NCBI GenBank assembly: GCA_965219445.1
Contig: CBDCNQ010000004.1
Location: 224,001 to 288,000 of the forward strand
Reading direction: 5' to 3'
Source of the DNA: Longimicrobiales bacterium
Lineage (GTDB): Bacteria > Gemmatimonadota > Gemmatimonadetes > Longimicrobiales > Gaopeijiaceae
DNA length: 64,000 nucleotides
The notes beneath the pieces were generated by a model. The model saw only the letters and a program-made list of their open reading frames with translations, was not told the origin of the DNA and ran no database searches. Positions 38,305 through 49,835 of the stretch are shown in pieces. Position numbers and translations under genes: made by a program. Within the stretch, counting starts at the first letter, position 1; each line of letters starts with the position of its first letter.

Positions 38305-39093
38305 ATGACCGCACCCAGTGTACCCACCGTACCGAATGTGGACCGGGATGTCCTTCGAGAAGCGATCCAAGAGGAGTACGAGGTGGTCGCCTGCGAGCCC
38401 CGGCGTGGGTTCCACTTTCACACGGGCCGGCCGCTCGCCGAGATCCTGGGCTATCAGGAGGAGTGGCTCGACGGATTACCCGATGGCTCCATCGAGTCGT
38501 TCGCGGGCACGGGTAACCCGTTCAGTCTGGGAGCGTTGGCCCCCGAAGAGCAGGTCGTGGACATCGGCTGTGGCGCCGGCATCGACTCCCTCATCGCCGC
38601 AAGGATGGTCGGCCCGGAGGGGGCAGTGATCGGCGTCGACATGACGCCCTCCATGCTCGAAAAAGCGAAAGCCGGGGCAAAGGATCTGGACCACGTGGAA
38701 TTCCGGCTCGGGTTCGGCGAGGAGCTTCCCCTACCGGACGGATGGGCGGATGTCGTGATCTCCAACGGCGTCGTGAACCTGATGCCGGACAAGCATGAGG
38801 CCTTCACCGAGATGGCGCGGGTGCTCAAGCCCGGGGGGCGCATTCAGATCGGTGATATCCTCGTTGACCGACCCGTGCCCGAAAACTCCAAGGAGGATAT
38901 CGAACTCTGGACCGGCTGAATCGCGGGTGCTCTGCTGGAAGCAGAGCTCAAAGCCACGGTCGTGGCTGCGGGATTCACGGACTTCGAGATCACCTGGCGG
39001 GCTGACGTATTCAAGGGAGCTCCCCAGCAGTCGAGCGCGGCGAAGTTCGGAACGAGCGGAATCAACTACCGAGCAACGAAGGCGGCCAGCTGA
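38305..39093 (+). CDS. ArsM-like SAM methyltransferase, probable selenoprotein (Sec at TGA 38917..38919), 262 aa
   Basis: VVDIGCGAGID, VISNGVVNL; LWTG-TGA-IAGAL continues in frame to AAGFTDFEI..RATKAAS*. Confidence 0.85.
38926..38949 (+). promoter_or_regulatory. Candidate bacterial SECIS element
   Basis: GCTCTGCT-GGA-AGCAGAGC perfect stem starting 10 nt after the TGA, G-led loop, possible bulged U at 38928. Confidence 0.75.
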
Positions 39094-39276
39094 ATGGACA
39101 GACGGACCCTGCTCAAAACCGGTACCCTGGGCGTCCTGGGACTGGGACTCGGCGGGTGCGCGACGGGATCGGGTCGGAGCGGCTCGCTGGTCTTCGCCTC
39201 TATCCATGCGGCCCTCCTTCAGGACTTCCCCCACCGGCCTATAATCGATCCTGGAACGGTGATCCGTAGGCCCTGA
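39094..39276 (+). pseudogene. Tat/lipoprotein signal-peptide fragment of a truncated gene
   Basis: MDRRTLLKTGTLGVLGLGLGGCAT followed by a short non-conserved-looking tail. Confidence 0.55.
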
Positions 39277-39284
39277 CCGGCCAG

Positions 39285-41159
39285 TTACGGCAGCCGGTAC
39301 GTCACCACCGCGTCGGTAGCGGCCAGTGCCACGTACTGGTTGCCGTCGGACCCCAGATAGGTCATGGGATTTGCGTTTCCTCTCCGATCCAGCGTGCTCA
39401 CCCAGAGCTCCCGGCCGGTCGTGGCATCCAGGGCACGAAATCGGCTGTCATCGGTCGCCGCGATGAACAAGAGGCCGCTAGCGGTGACGATGGCAGCCGC
39501 ACGCCCGGGCCGACCGGTGTTCTGTCGGCCTGCGGGAAGTCCCTCGGTGATGCCGAGGGGCTGTTGCCACACGACTTCGCCCGTCGAGCCGTCGACCGCG
39601 CTCAGCCGACCCCACGGCGGCTTCTGGCACGGCCAGCGCGCATCCCCGATCGGGACGTCGAAACTCGACGGACGTGGGCCGCCCCGCTGATATGGAAAGA
39701 GCGAACCCTCCTCAGCCTCCTCCACCCAGCCCAGCGAGCCGAGATCCTGGCTGAATACGAAGACGAATCCGGAGTTCGGATCGAATGAGGCGCCGCCCCA
39801 GTTGGGGCCGCCGACCAATCCCGGGAACAAGAGCGTGGTCCTGCGGGACGTGCCGTCCGCGCGATACACCCACGGAGTGAAGGCGCCGGCGTTGTAGAGC
39901 TCTCCCATGCTTTCGACCAGGTCCCTACAGGCCGCAGCGTGTTCGGGGGAGGTGTCTTCGGCAGTAACCAGATCCATCGGCTCGTAGCTGACACGGGCCA
40001 GGGCCGGCGGGCTCACGGGAATCGGCTGGGTCGGAAACGTTTCTTCGCCGGGAACATCGCTCTGCGCAACCGGCCGCTCCTCCACCCCGAAGATGGGTTC
40101 GCCGGTGTCCCGATCGAGGATGTACAAGTAGCCGGACTTGGTGGTCACGCCGAGCGCTGCGACCGTGCCTCCATCACGCGGAACATCGAACAACACGGGC
40201 CCTGCGGGTGGGTCGTGATCCCACAGGTCGTGATGGATGGTCTGGAAGTGCCATACGTACTCCCCGGTCCGGATGTCCACCGCGACCAACGAATTGGCGA
40301 AAAGATTCGCGCCCGCCCGGTCTCCCCCGTAGGCGAAGGGGATGGGTGAGGCTAGGGGCAGATACACGTGTCCGCGCTGCTCGTCCATGGTGAAGTAGAA
40401 CGGCCAAGCGTTGGCGCCGAGGCGGCCCTGCCAGCTATCGCCCTCCCACGTGTCGTGTCCGACGCTCCCAGGCTGGGGAACGGAGCCGAATTCCCACACT
40501 TTCTCGCCCGTGCGGGCGTCGAAGGCGCGCGCGTTGCCGATGCCCCCGATGGTGCCGCGCGGCGTGTTCGCGCCGACCACGATGATGTTCTCGTAGACCA
40601 ACGGCACCGAGATGTACGGCACCATCATGTCGATCTCGCCCGACTGTCCGAAGCCCGCCGCCGGTGTGCCGGTCGCCGCGTCGAGTGCGACCAGGCGCCG
40701 CCTGGCAGTGAAAAAGATGCGCGGTGGTGTGCCCTCCTCACCCGCCCAGTAGGAGACACCGCGCCGTGAGGGCGCGCCGTCGACGACGGAATGCCACCAG
40801 ATCGGCTCACCAGTCGCCGCGTCGAGCGCGACTACGCGGTCCACGGTCGGAAAGTACATGACGTCACCGACCACGATCGGTGTCGCCTGCGAGTTCGGAT
40901 CCCGGCTTTCCCCCGGCCCCGGAGTGCCGGGGAATGGGGGAGTGCGTAGCGAGTAGCTCCAACCCCGAGTCAGGCTTGTGACGTTGCTGGGCGTTATCTG
41001 TGTCAGCGGCGAATAGCCGGTCCCACCCAGGTCGCCGCGATACATCGGCCAATCGACGTGAGTCGGCGTATCGAGCCCTTGCGGGGCACATCCAGTGCCG
41101 ACAAGAACGACCGCAAGCAACGCACCGGTGCTCGTGAACGTGAGGCGCGTTGCTGGCAT
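39285..41159 (-). CDS. PQQ-dependent (glucose/quinate-like) dehydrogenase, lipoprotein
   Basis: YSPLTQIT, QATP, WHFQTIHHDLWDHD, GGPNWGG, KPPWG, NPMTY. Confidence 0.92.
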   Translation of the reverse strand: MPATRLTFTSTGALLAVVLVGTGCAPQGLDTPTHVDWPMYRGDLGGTGYSPLTQITPSNVTSLTRGWSYSLRTPPFPGTPGPGESRDPNSQATPIVVGDVMYFPTVDRVVALDAATGEPIWWHSVVDGAPSRRGVSYWAGEEGTPPRIFFTARRRLVALDAATGTPAAGFGQSGEIDMMVPYISVPLVYENIIVVGANTPRGTIGGIGNARAFDARTGEKVWEFGSVPQPGSVGHDTWEGDSWQGRLGANAWPFYFTMDEQRGHVYLPLASPIPFAYGGDRAGANLFANSLVAVDIRTGEYVWHFQTIHHDLWDHDPPAGPVLFDVPRDGGTVAALGVTTKSGYLYILDRDTGEPIFGVEERPVAQSDVPGEETFPTQPIPVSPPALARVSYEPMDLVTAEDTSPEHAAACRDLVESMGELYNAGAFTPWVYRADGTSRRTTLLFPGLVGGPNWGGASFDPNSGFVFVFSQDLGSLGWVEEAEEGSLFPYQRGGPRPSSFDVPIGDARWPCQKPPWGRLSAVDGSTGEVVWQQPLGITEGLPAGRQNTGRPGRAAAIVTASGLLFIAATDDSRFRALDATTGRELWVSTLDRRGNANPMTYLGSDGNQYVALAATDAVVTYRLP

Positions 41160-41422
41160 GAGGTTCCCCCTTCTTATCGGGCCCGATTCATCGACGTCGT
41201 AGTCGCCTCGATATCGCTCCGACACCAGGACGTTGCCTATCTTAACTCACGAGGCGGGCCCGTGCATGGGTCGCGATACCCACTTTGCACGGCCGGCTCA
41301 GGGGTCGGCCGAAGTCGCAATGAGGGTGTGTATTCACGGCGTCAATCGCGACGTCGGGCCACTGGTTCTCGCTGGATTCGATCCCGGATCCTGGTTTGCC
41401 TATGCTCAACTGGACAGCCAGT

Positions 41423-42087
41423 ATGGTGCAGTCCCATTCGCATCAACTGAGAGCGTCCTCTATTAAACTCTCTGCCTTGGCCGCGTCACCTATTATTGGC
41501 TTGCTAGCCCTATTCTTGATTACTCCGGACGTATACGCGCAGTGTGACTTGCTGGCCGAAGGCTCCGAGATGGTTTCGGGTATCGTTTATGATGACCTCA
41601 ATCAGGACGGACGGCACGGTTCCGGGGAGCCCGGCGTTGCGCGTGTGAGCGTCAGCAATGGCTGTGACGTGGTTCTGACGAACTTGGATGGCCTTTACGA
41701 AATAACTCTGGCGCCGGGACAGATACTCTTCTTATCTCAACCAACTGGATACGTGGTACCTGTTGACGACAACAACCAGCCCCTCTTCTTCTATACTCAC
41801 TATCCTGACGGCACCCCCACAACGATTGGCGGCACTCCAGTGCAATGGCTGTGGCCGGTTATAGGACCCACCGGCCCGCTTCCCGACAACATCGATTTCC
41901 CCCTGCATAGACTCAGTTCGCAGGAAATCCGGTTTACCACTCATGCTTTTGCGGATCCACAGGCTCGCAGTGATCTCGGCGAGGACATGTTGCGAGAGGA
42001 GCTGGTGAATACCCTGCTGGGCAATCCGTATCAGGCAGAGTTTTCGCTCACCGTAGGTGACGTGGTCTTTGATAATCTCGGCCTTTA
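41423..42087 (+). pseudogene. Calcineurin-like phosphoesterase, 5' part
   Basis: VSVSNGCDVVLT, FFYTHYPDG, FADPQ, VGDVVFDNL; broken by IS. Confidence 0.85.
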
Positions 42088-42899
42088 CCGGAACCTGTCA
42101 ACGCCAGTGAGACACTCTTGGAAATCAATTAGAGAGCAATCTCCTGTGTCGTGAGGGATGGGGTGGGAGGATTGATCCAGACGGCCTCCGGGAGTGGTTT
42201 AGGCTTCGGCTCACCGGAGACGAAGCGCTCGGGATGAGCGGCCCATGCCTCACGGAGCACGGCCTTCCTGCAGGCGATGATCCGATCGGCGTGACCGAAG
42301 TGGACCTGTTCGGGGGTCAGCATCGAGATGCCGCCATGGCGGTGCTCGGCATTATACCAACGGAAGAACGAGCGACAGAAGGTCTTGGCTTGCCCCTGAT
42401 CCCCGAACCGGCCGGGAAACGAGGGATGGTACTTCAAGGTCTTGAACTGAGCCTCGGAGAACGGATTGTCATCCGAGACCTGGGGTCGGCCCAACGAGCG
42501 GGTCACGCCGAGATCGGCGAGTAGTTGAGCCGTGCATTGGCTCGTCATCGGAGCCCCTCGATCGGAATGCAGGGTCAGGAGGTGGGGCTGGACGCCATGC
42601 TTCAAGCAACTCTGCTGGATCAGCCGGCTGGCCAGGGCAGAGTTCTCCCGATCCGCCACCATCCATCCCACGACGTAGCGGCTGAAGATGTCCAGGATCA
42701 CGTAGAGGTAGAAGTAACTCCACTTCTTCGGCCCCAGCAGCCGGGTGATATCCCAGGACCAGACCTGGTTCGGGCCCCTCGCCATCAACTCGGGCTTCTG
42801 GTATTTGGGATGACTCCGCTGCGCTCGACGCTCCTGAACCGGCACCTGGGAAGCCAGAACGCGATACATCGTACGCTCGCTGCACAGGTAGACGTCCCC
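42088..42899 (-). mobile_element. IS3-family transposase remnant (DDE domain plus one terminus)
   Basis: GPNQVWSWDIT, LDIFSRYVVGW, HSDRG, DNPFSEAQFKTLKY; terminus GTCTCACTGGCGTTGACAGGTTCCGG. Confidence 0.88.
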
Positions 42900-42916
42900 T
42901 CTTTGGGATTGACTCT

Positions 42917-43924
42917 TACGAGTCTCCCAATGCCCACTATGCCACCGAAACCTACAAGAAGCACTTTGGCCCAACCTATTATTCGTTCAATTATGGGAAT
43001 GTACATGTCGTTGCTCTAAACAACGTTGAGTACGCTGGAGCAGGACGACGCATCTCCGGCAACTTGGTTTATCGTGGGTTTATTCCAGACGATCAGATGC
43101 TTTGGCTCGAGCGAGATCTCGCTCATGTCGATGAAGACAAGCTCATCGTGATTGCCACTCACATTTCACTGATCAGTGAAGCCTCCGACGGCGATCCATC
43201 TCATGACGTAACTGGCCCCCATACCGATAACTTCGACCAACTGCTGGAACTCCTGCGTCCATTCGACAACGTCTTTGGCCTTGCCGGACACGATACCAGC
43301 AACAGCTGGAAGGTGGAGATTAACCATGAGCACGGCTGGACTGGTCGGCCATGGATAGCCCATACCCTGGCCGAAGTCCGCGGCAGTGGCTGGACCAGAG
43401 GCCCGAGAGATCTACGCGGCGTGGCGGAGGCCATGATGGAGGACGGAAACCCGAACGGTTTCTATCTGTTGAAATTCGACGACGTGACATTGGTCCCGGA
43501 GTTCATTCCATTTCCTTTCGGGAGAGACGCGGCACAGCGTTTGCGTATTGTCCTGGATCCAGAGCTCGAAGACACCGCTGATAGCAGCATCAACCGGGGT
43601 ATATTACAAAGGGATACCAAGGTGGTAGTCAATCTCTTCGACGGGGGCGAACGCGACAGAGTGAGCTTATCCCTGGACGGCGGCCGACTGATGCCGATGC
43701 GCTATGTGGTTCGAACCGACCCCTTCATGGAAAAAGCCTACAGGCGGCTTGCTGACACTCAGGACGCCTTTCCGAGGCCAGCAGCCTCATCACACATCTG
43801 GGAATTCGACTTGCCAGAAAACCTCGAACCGGGAATACACACCGTCGTGGTCGAAACCGAAGATGAGTTTGAGCAGCACCAACGCGGGGTTCTGTCGTTT
43901 GAGGTCACTGGGGCGGCGCGGTGA
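42917..43924 (+). pseudogene. Calcineurin-like phosphoesterase, 3' part
   Basis: YESPNAHYATETYKKHFGPTYYSFNYGNVH, ATHI, AGHDT, DGNPNGF, SSHIW. Confidence 0.85.
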
Positions 43925-43952
43925 GTGAGGGTGTGAAGGGGTTGGGGGCTGC

Positions 43953-46765
43953 ATGTTAGCGCCTCTACTGCGCAGGTGCTCGGTGGGCCTGGCGATCGCT
44001 CTCCCGTTGGCCTGGTTGGGTGCCGGAGAGGGCCTCGCCCAGGTGGGAGAGCCGCTCACGGAGGGCTCGACCCCGGAGAGCCGGGAGCCCGTGGTCTATT
44101 CCCACGACGACATGGCCCCCGTTGCTCGTGCGGTGAGAACGGAGGTGCCGATCGCAATCGACGGAGTCTTGGACGAGGCCGTATGGATGACGGCGCCGGA
44201 GATCACGGAGTTTCTCCAAACCGTTCCGGACGAGGCACAGCCAGTCACGGAGGAGACTGAGGTCCGCATTTTGTATGACGATGACAACATCTACGTGGGC
44301 GCCTGGCTCTGGGATGAGGGCGAGGTGCCGGCTCGCCTGAGACGGAGGGACCAGGGGACGCCCGATGCGGACTACTTCGTCGTCATCTTTGACAGCTACC
44401 ATGATCACCGCACCGCTTACCGGTTCGCGGTGAGCGCCGCCGGCAACCACTCGGACGAGATCCTGACGATCGGCCGCGGAGGCGGAGGCAGGGGCGGGCG
44501 CGGGCGCGGGGGCGGGGGGTTCAGCGACCGCTCCTGGGATCCCGTTATCGACGTTCGCACGTCGATCACGGACGACGGCTGGTTCGTGGAGTGGCGGATC
44601 CCCTTCAGCCAGCTTCGCTACCGAGCCGATGAGATCCAGACCTGGGGCCTTCAAGTCGAGCGCAAACTGCGACGCAAAGCGGAGGACACGGTGTGGGCGT
44701 TCAGGCCGAGGAACGAGCCCCAGGTCGTGGCGCGATACGGGCACCTGCACGGGATCGAAGGCATCGCGCAGGGTAAGCGAACTGGAACTCCTCCCCTACA
44801 GCACGGCCCGTGCCGAATACCGAGAGATTCCGAGGAGCGAGGCTGCGGGGTTCGACAACCCTTTCCGGAGTGGTTCGGAGTACTTCACCAACATGGGGTT
44901 GGATCTCAAGTATCGGCTCGGAACGAACCTCACCCTGGATGCGGCGGTGAACCCCGACTTCGGGCAGGTGGAGCTCGACCCGGCGGTGATCAACCTGACA
45001 GCGTTCGAGACCCGCTTCGACGAGAAGCGGCCGTTCTTCGTGGAGGGAGCGGAGATGTTCCGGTTCGGGGAGGGTGGGGCGCGTTGGGGAGGGTCCGACG
45101 CTCAGTTGCTTTACTCACGACGGATCGGCCGCACGCCGCAGGGCTTCGTCCCGGACGCGGCGGCATACTCTGACGTACCGGGGCAGACGACGATCCCGGG
45201 AGCGGTGAAGCTCACTGGAAAAACGGCGAGCGGCTGGTCATTAGGACTTCTCGAAGCCGTGACGGACCGGGTCACAGCGCCGTGGATCGATCCGGACGGA
45301 ACGCGTGGAAAGAAGGAGGTCGAACCTCGCTCCAAACTACCTCGCTGCGCGTGTGCGGCGCGACATCCGCCAGGGGACGGGCTCCTTAGGTGTGATAGCT
45401 ACGAGTGTTCACCGGGACCTGAGGTCCGAGACCCTCCGATCGCGGTTGCGGTCCGCCGCGTACTCGGTCGGGGTGGACGGCCGGATCGAAACAAGATCGC
45501 TAAAGTGGAGGCTTGCCGGAAAATTGTCAGGGAGCGCAGTGAACGGAGGCGTGGACGCGATCGCCCGCACCCAACAGAGTTCCGCGCGCTACATGGATCG
45601 GCCCGACGCGACTCACATGGAATTCGATCCGGACGCGCGCTCGCTCCGTGGCCTCTATGGGCGGCTGGACCTGACCAAGCAGACAGGGACGTGGCAGGGC
45701 AACCTCGGGGTGACCGCTATCACGCCAGGCTACGAGGTGAACGACCTCGGATTTCAAAGCTTTGCCGACCGGGTCGAGGTCACGTCCAGCTTCGGATACC
45801 GACAGCCGACAGTCGGCGAGCACTTTCGGACGTTGAACGTCACCGCAAATGGGACCAACACGTTCAACTTCGGGGGCGAGGCGGTGATGTCCAACGTCGG
45901 GCTTTGGGTCAACGCAGAGCACTCCAGCTTCAACCGGCTCCATATCGGCATCGCCCGCCGATTCGAGGTGTGGAACGACAGGCTGACCCGGGGCGGCCCC
46001 CTGACACTCGAGCCGGCGGGGTACTTTGGAAACATCGGTTTTAACACCGACCGGCGCGCGACCTTGCAGTTTCGTGCAGGGTTCCGCTTCAGCGAGGACG
46101 AAGGGGCCGGATGGAGTCGAGGAGGAAATCTCGGTCTCTTCTTCCGGTTCTGGGAGAATTACGAGCTCGACATGGGGGTCCAGGTGACCCGTGACCGCAT
46201 CGCCGCCCAATATGTGGCGACTGTCCCCGATCCGGCGGCAACGCACACCTTCGGAAGTCGTTACCTGTTCGCGCCGCTTGACCAGACAACGGTCGGGATC
46301 GAGACGCGCTTCAACGTAACGTTCTCGCCGGACCTAACCTTCGAGCTCTATGCTCAGCCCTTCATGTCGAGTGGCGACTATCGGGGGCTGATGGAACTCT
46401 CCGCTCCACGAAGCTTCCAGTTCCTGCGGTATGGGAAGGATGTGGGTACGGTGACCCGCAGCGAGAACGCCGGGTACGTGGTTGATCCGGAGGGCGGCGG
46501 TGCAGAACCGTTCGAGGTATCGGATCGCGACTTCAACTTGCGCTCGCTTCTGGGCAGCGCCGTCCTGCGCTGGGAGTGGCGCCCGGGGAGCACGCTCTTT
46601 CTCGTCTGGCAGCAGACGCGGTCAGAGAGGCTAGTGCGAACAGCAGGGGGAGTGTTCGACGATGGAGTCGGAGAGTTCAGGCTAGGCCGCGACGGGCGCG
46701 CTCTGTTCGGCCTAAAGCCCGATAACGTCTTCGCAGTCAAGGTCACTTACTGGCTCAACCCCTGA
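43953..46765 (+). pseudogene. CBM9-like plus DUF5916 outer membrane protein with two +1 frameshifts
   Basis: IDGVLDE, DSYHDHRTA, NPDFGQVELDPAVINLTAFE, LRWEWRPGSTLF, KVTYWLNP; extra A at ~44780 and ~45335. Confidence 0.85.
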
Positions 46766-46861
46766 AGACGCCGAACCCCGGGTGCCGATTCGGGGCAGCG
46801 GCCGGGACCCCTCCCTTCCTACGGTTGTAATAACCGGGGTTGCACAGCGGGGAGGCGGGTC

Positions 46862-47338
46862 ATGTACGTACGTATCAGAGTGTTCAGGCTGACGACGCTC
46901 TTAATCGCAATCGCGATGGGTTGCGAGTCTGATGCAGAAAAGCTCCAAAGGTTGCGATCGGACGAAGTGATCGCGAGCCTCGGCGTATCGAGGCGGGATC
47001 GGAATATCGGGCAGAGCGCGATTAGCCTCAAGGTCTTCGCAAACGCACCTGGTCGTGACAACCACAACGTCAACGGTGAGTACGTCACCCTGTTCAACTC
47101 CGGTGCGGTAGCGATCGAGATTGGGGGCTGGTCCCTGTGCGACTCCCCCTCGCACTGTTTCACGTTCCCGCTTGGGGCATCGATTCCAGCGGACGGAAGT
47201 GTCCGGCTCTACAGCGGGTCGGGGCTTACCACTACCACGTCCTTCTACATGGGGAGCGGACGGGCTGTGTGGAACAACGAGCATGATACCGCGACATTGC
47301 GAAACGGGGGAACCGTAATCGCACAAGACATCTACTGA
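46862..47338 (+). CDS. Lamin-tail-domain protein
   Basis: NGEYVTLFNSG..IGGWSLCD..FTFP..VWNNEHDTATL. Confidence 0.8.
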   Translation: MYVRIRVFRLTTLLIAIAMGCESDAEKLQRLRSDEVIASLGVSRRDRNIGQSAISLKVFANAPGRDNHNVNGEYVTLFNSGAVAIEIGGWSLCDSPSHCFTFPLGASIPADGSVRLYSGSGLTTTTSFYMGSGRAVWNNEHDTATLRNGGTVIAQDIY

Positions 47339-47374
47339 CCCCCGTACCACTCACGGGGACGAAGCGAGCAGATC

Positions 47375-48049
47375 TCAGTTGTTGAGGAGCACGCTGTCGC
47401 CGTATGGCCGCTGATAGACAACAAACCACCTGTTGTCGAACACCCCGAATCTCTCGGCTGGATAGAAGCTGATGGCCGCCAGCCAGGTATCTACGTCCGA
47501 GCGCCTCAGCCACATCCAGTTCCTCGCATCTTCCGGCCCGGCCTCGATGATCGCGATACGCCCATCCGGTTTGAGATACTTCGCAGCTGCGTTCAGATAG
47601 GCTTGCCGGTGCTCGATCATGTGCAGCGTCCGGTGAAGAAACACGACGTCCACGTTGTTCACCGGCAGCTTCGGATCGTCGTATTCGCCCAACACGGTGC
47701 GGACGTTTCGGAGACCGGCCGTCTCGGCCCGCTGGGCTACGAAATCGAGCATCTCTTGGTCGATGTCGACCGCATACAGGACCCCGGTCGGGCCAATCGC
47801 GCGAGCCATCGGAACTGAAAACGCCCCACTTCCGGAACCGATGTCGGCGACGATATCTCCCGGCCCAAGCCGCAACCGCTCTATGACCTCGTCGATGTGC
47901 AGGCGGGCGACACGTTCCGGCCTGTCCATCCGCTCGACATACTCGTCAGCCGGTCGCTGGCCAAGCTGTGCGGAAGCTTCCGAGAAGCCGACTCCCAAAA
48001 GACACAGGACCGAAACACACGTGATCCAGAACTGTTCTTGCTTCACCAT
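47375..48049 (-). CDS. Secreted class I SAM methyltransferase
   Basis: Signal peptide; VADIGSGSG, YAVDI, LKPDGRIAII. Confidence 0.88.
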   Translation of the reverse strand: MVKQEQFWITCVSVLCLLGVGFSEASAQLGQRPADEYVERMDRPERVARLHIDEVIERLRLGPGDIVADIGSGSGAFSVPMARAIGPTGVLYAVDIDQEMLDFVAQRAETAGLRNVRTVLGEYDDPKLPVNNVDVVFLHRTLHMIEHRQAYLNAAAKYLKPDGRIAIIEAGPEDARNWMWLRRSDVDTWLAAISFYPAERFGVFDNRWFVVYQRPYGDSVLLNN

Positions 48050-48173
48050 ACCACCTCTCTTCAGACGTTGATGTTCGACTTCAGCTTCCCCTCGGGCCCG
48101 AATCTTATGTCGGCCGCATCATTCTGAAAAGCAAGCTGTAAGACGAGAATACCTGGGTCTCTCACCGAGACTG

Positions 48174-48590
48174 TCACTGGGGATGCGTCTCTTGGGGGTC
48201 TAGCCGAACAAAATATCTCGGCGGAAAGCCGGTCAAGAGTCGAAACGCTATACCAAGGCCGTGTTGGCTATTAACGCGATCGTGCTCTTCATCGGTTACA
48301 GGTATTGCCAGGTAGGAGCCTTTCTCACCATCTACAGTGACTTGCACACTGGGATTTTCCAAGGCCTGTTTGTACCAGGCTCGCGGCCAGTGGTTAGCTG
48401 CCACGAAGAGCTGGCCATTACTTTCCAGGCGAGTCACGACTCGGTCGTTTGTGGTTCCATCCTCATCCGTCGTGGTGATAACCAGCGTACTTTGACCTGC
48501 GGGTTGGAAATACCCGAGCAAGGACTCAAACGCCACGATGATCCCTACGTAAGCGAGGAACAAGATCGGGATTAGCCTTAGGGCTTTCAC
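48174..48590 (-). CDS. Split-barrel nitroreductase/quinone reductase-like protein
   Basis: LVITTTDEDG, WYKQALENPSV, FVRLDP. Confidence 0.65.
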   Translation of the reverse strand: MKALRLIPILFLAYVGIIVAFESLLGYFQPAGQSTLVITTTDEDGTTNDRVVTRLESNGQLFVAANHWPRAWYKQALENPSVQVTVDGEKGSYLAIPVTDEEHDRVNSQHGLGIAFRLLTGFPPRYFVRLDPQETHPQ

Positions 48591-48615
48591 TCTAGGACTC
48601 CTAGGGCATGTACAG

Positions 48616-48667
48616 GATCAGACCGAGGTCAACATCCGATGCGCGCCCCGATAGGCGCAAGGAGAAC
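48616..48667 (-). promoter_or_regulatory. Dispersed promoter-like repeat, copy 1
   Basis: TTGCGC-N18-GATGTTGACCTCGGTCTGATC. Confidence 0.7.
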
Positions 48668-48776
48668 CCCGTCAGACGTCCCTTCATCTTCGAGTCTAGA
48701 GCAGCGGCGTTATACGAAACGACAGATGCCCTGGTAGGCCTGGCTGGGCCAGGAGCCAAGTGAACAGGCGCCGGGC

Positions 48777-49835
48777 TCAGCGTGCCGTGTAGGTTCGGCT
48801 GAACCCGTTGCGGCTGTTCGTGACGGTGAACGTGCCGTCCTGGCTGACCGACGCCCGAATCCAATGGCCGTTGCCCTCCGCGGTATCATTCAGGTTTGCG
48901 ATCATGTCTTCCGCCGTGTTGTGGGCCGGATTCGGATCGAGCAGCGAACGGTGACCCTGCCAAATCCCTTCGATGCCCGGACTCTTCGCCATCCGGTCGT
49001 AGTGCGCCGTTGAGACCTCGCCGAAACCGGGTGACGTGCCTCCCAGCCCCTTGCGCGGACCGTTGTTCACGACGATGACCTGCGGCTTGATCGCATAGAG
49101 GTGCGTTGGCGAGCCCGCGTCGTCCCAGGCTCCGTGGCGGCTCGTCTGATAGAGCGTGACCTCGCCCACCTTGTTCATGGGACACGACAGCTCGACCTCC
49201 ATCTCCCAGTTGAGATCCCCGAGGTCGAGAAAGGTGAACCGGCCGTAGGTGAAGAGCGCCCCGACGCTGCGCTGATTCTCCGGACTGGCCTGCGGTTTGT
49301 GCTCGGCCGTCGCGCACAGCGTGTTGAATCCGCCGTCGTTGACGGGCGTCGTAAGGAGTCGACCGTCCGAGGCGATGACATCGACCTCGACGGCCCCGAA
49401 CGGGATCTTCTCGCCAGCCTCGACGGCCGCTCTCTTGTCTCCGCATACGCTGAGGTACGCGTCGAGCCATTGCCGATTGCTCTCTTCGGTGGTGGTCCCA
49501 TGGTCGAAGCATTTCTCGATCGGGATCATCTCGGCGAGCGCTTGAAGCCCGCCCACGTGATCCCGATGGAAGTGCGTGATGACCAGGTGGTCAATCCTGG
49601 TCAGGCCAGCCTCTTGGGCTGCCGCGAAAACGCGTCTCGCGTCGCGGTTATCTTCCGTCGGGTATCCGGTGTCGACGAGCAGAGATTCCCCGCTGGGAGA
49701 CACAACGAGGGTAGCGGCGCCGCCTTCGACGTCCACCCAGTAGATGTCGAAGGTCCGTGACTGCGCCGTGGCGGTTACGACGGGGATGCATAACAGCCCA
49801 ATGAGCCACATCCAACGTACGCCTGGTTTCGACAT
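48777..49835 (-). CDS. Secreted MBL-fold hydrolase (ComEC-like)
   Basis: VDVEGGAATL, LVDTG, THFHRDHVGG. Confidence 0.88.
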   Translation of the reverse strand: MSKPGVRWMWLIGLLCIPVVTATAQSRTFDIYWVDVEGGAATLVVSPSGESLLVDTGYPTEDNRDARRVFAAAQEAGLTRIDHLVITHFHRDHVGGLQALAEMIPIEKCFDHGTTTEESNRQWLDAYLSVCGDKRAAVEAGEKIPFGAVEVDVIASDGRLLTTPVNDGGFNTLCATAEHKPQASPENQRSVGALFTYGRFTFLDLGDLNWEMEVELSCPMNKVGEVTLYQTSRHGAWDDAGSPTHLYAIKPQVIVVNNGPRKGLGGTSPGFGEVSTAHYDRMAKSPGIEGIWQGHRSLLDPNPAHNTAEDMIANLNDTAEGNGHWIRASVSQDGTFTVTNSRNGFSRTYTAR

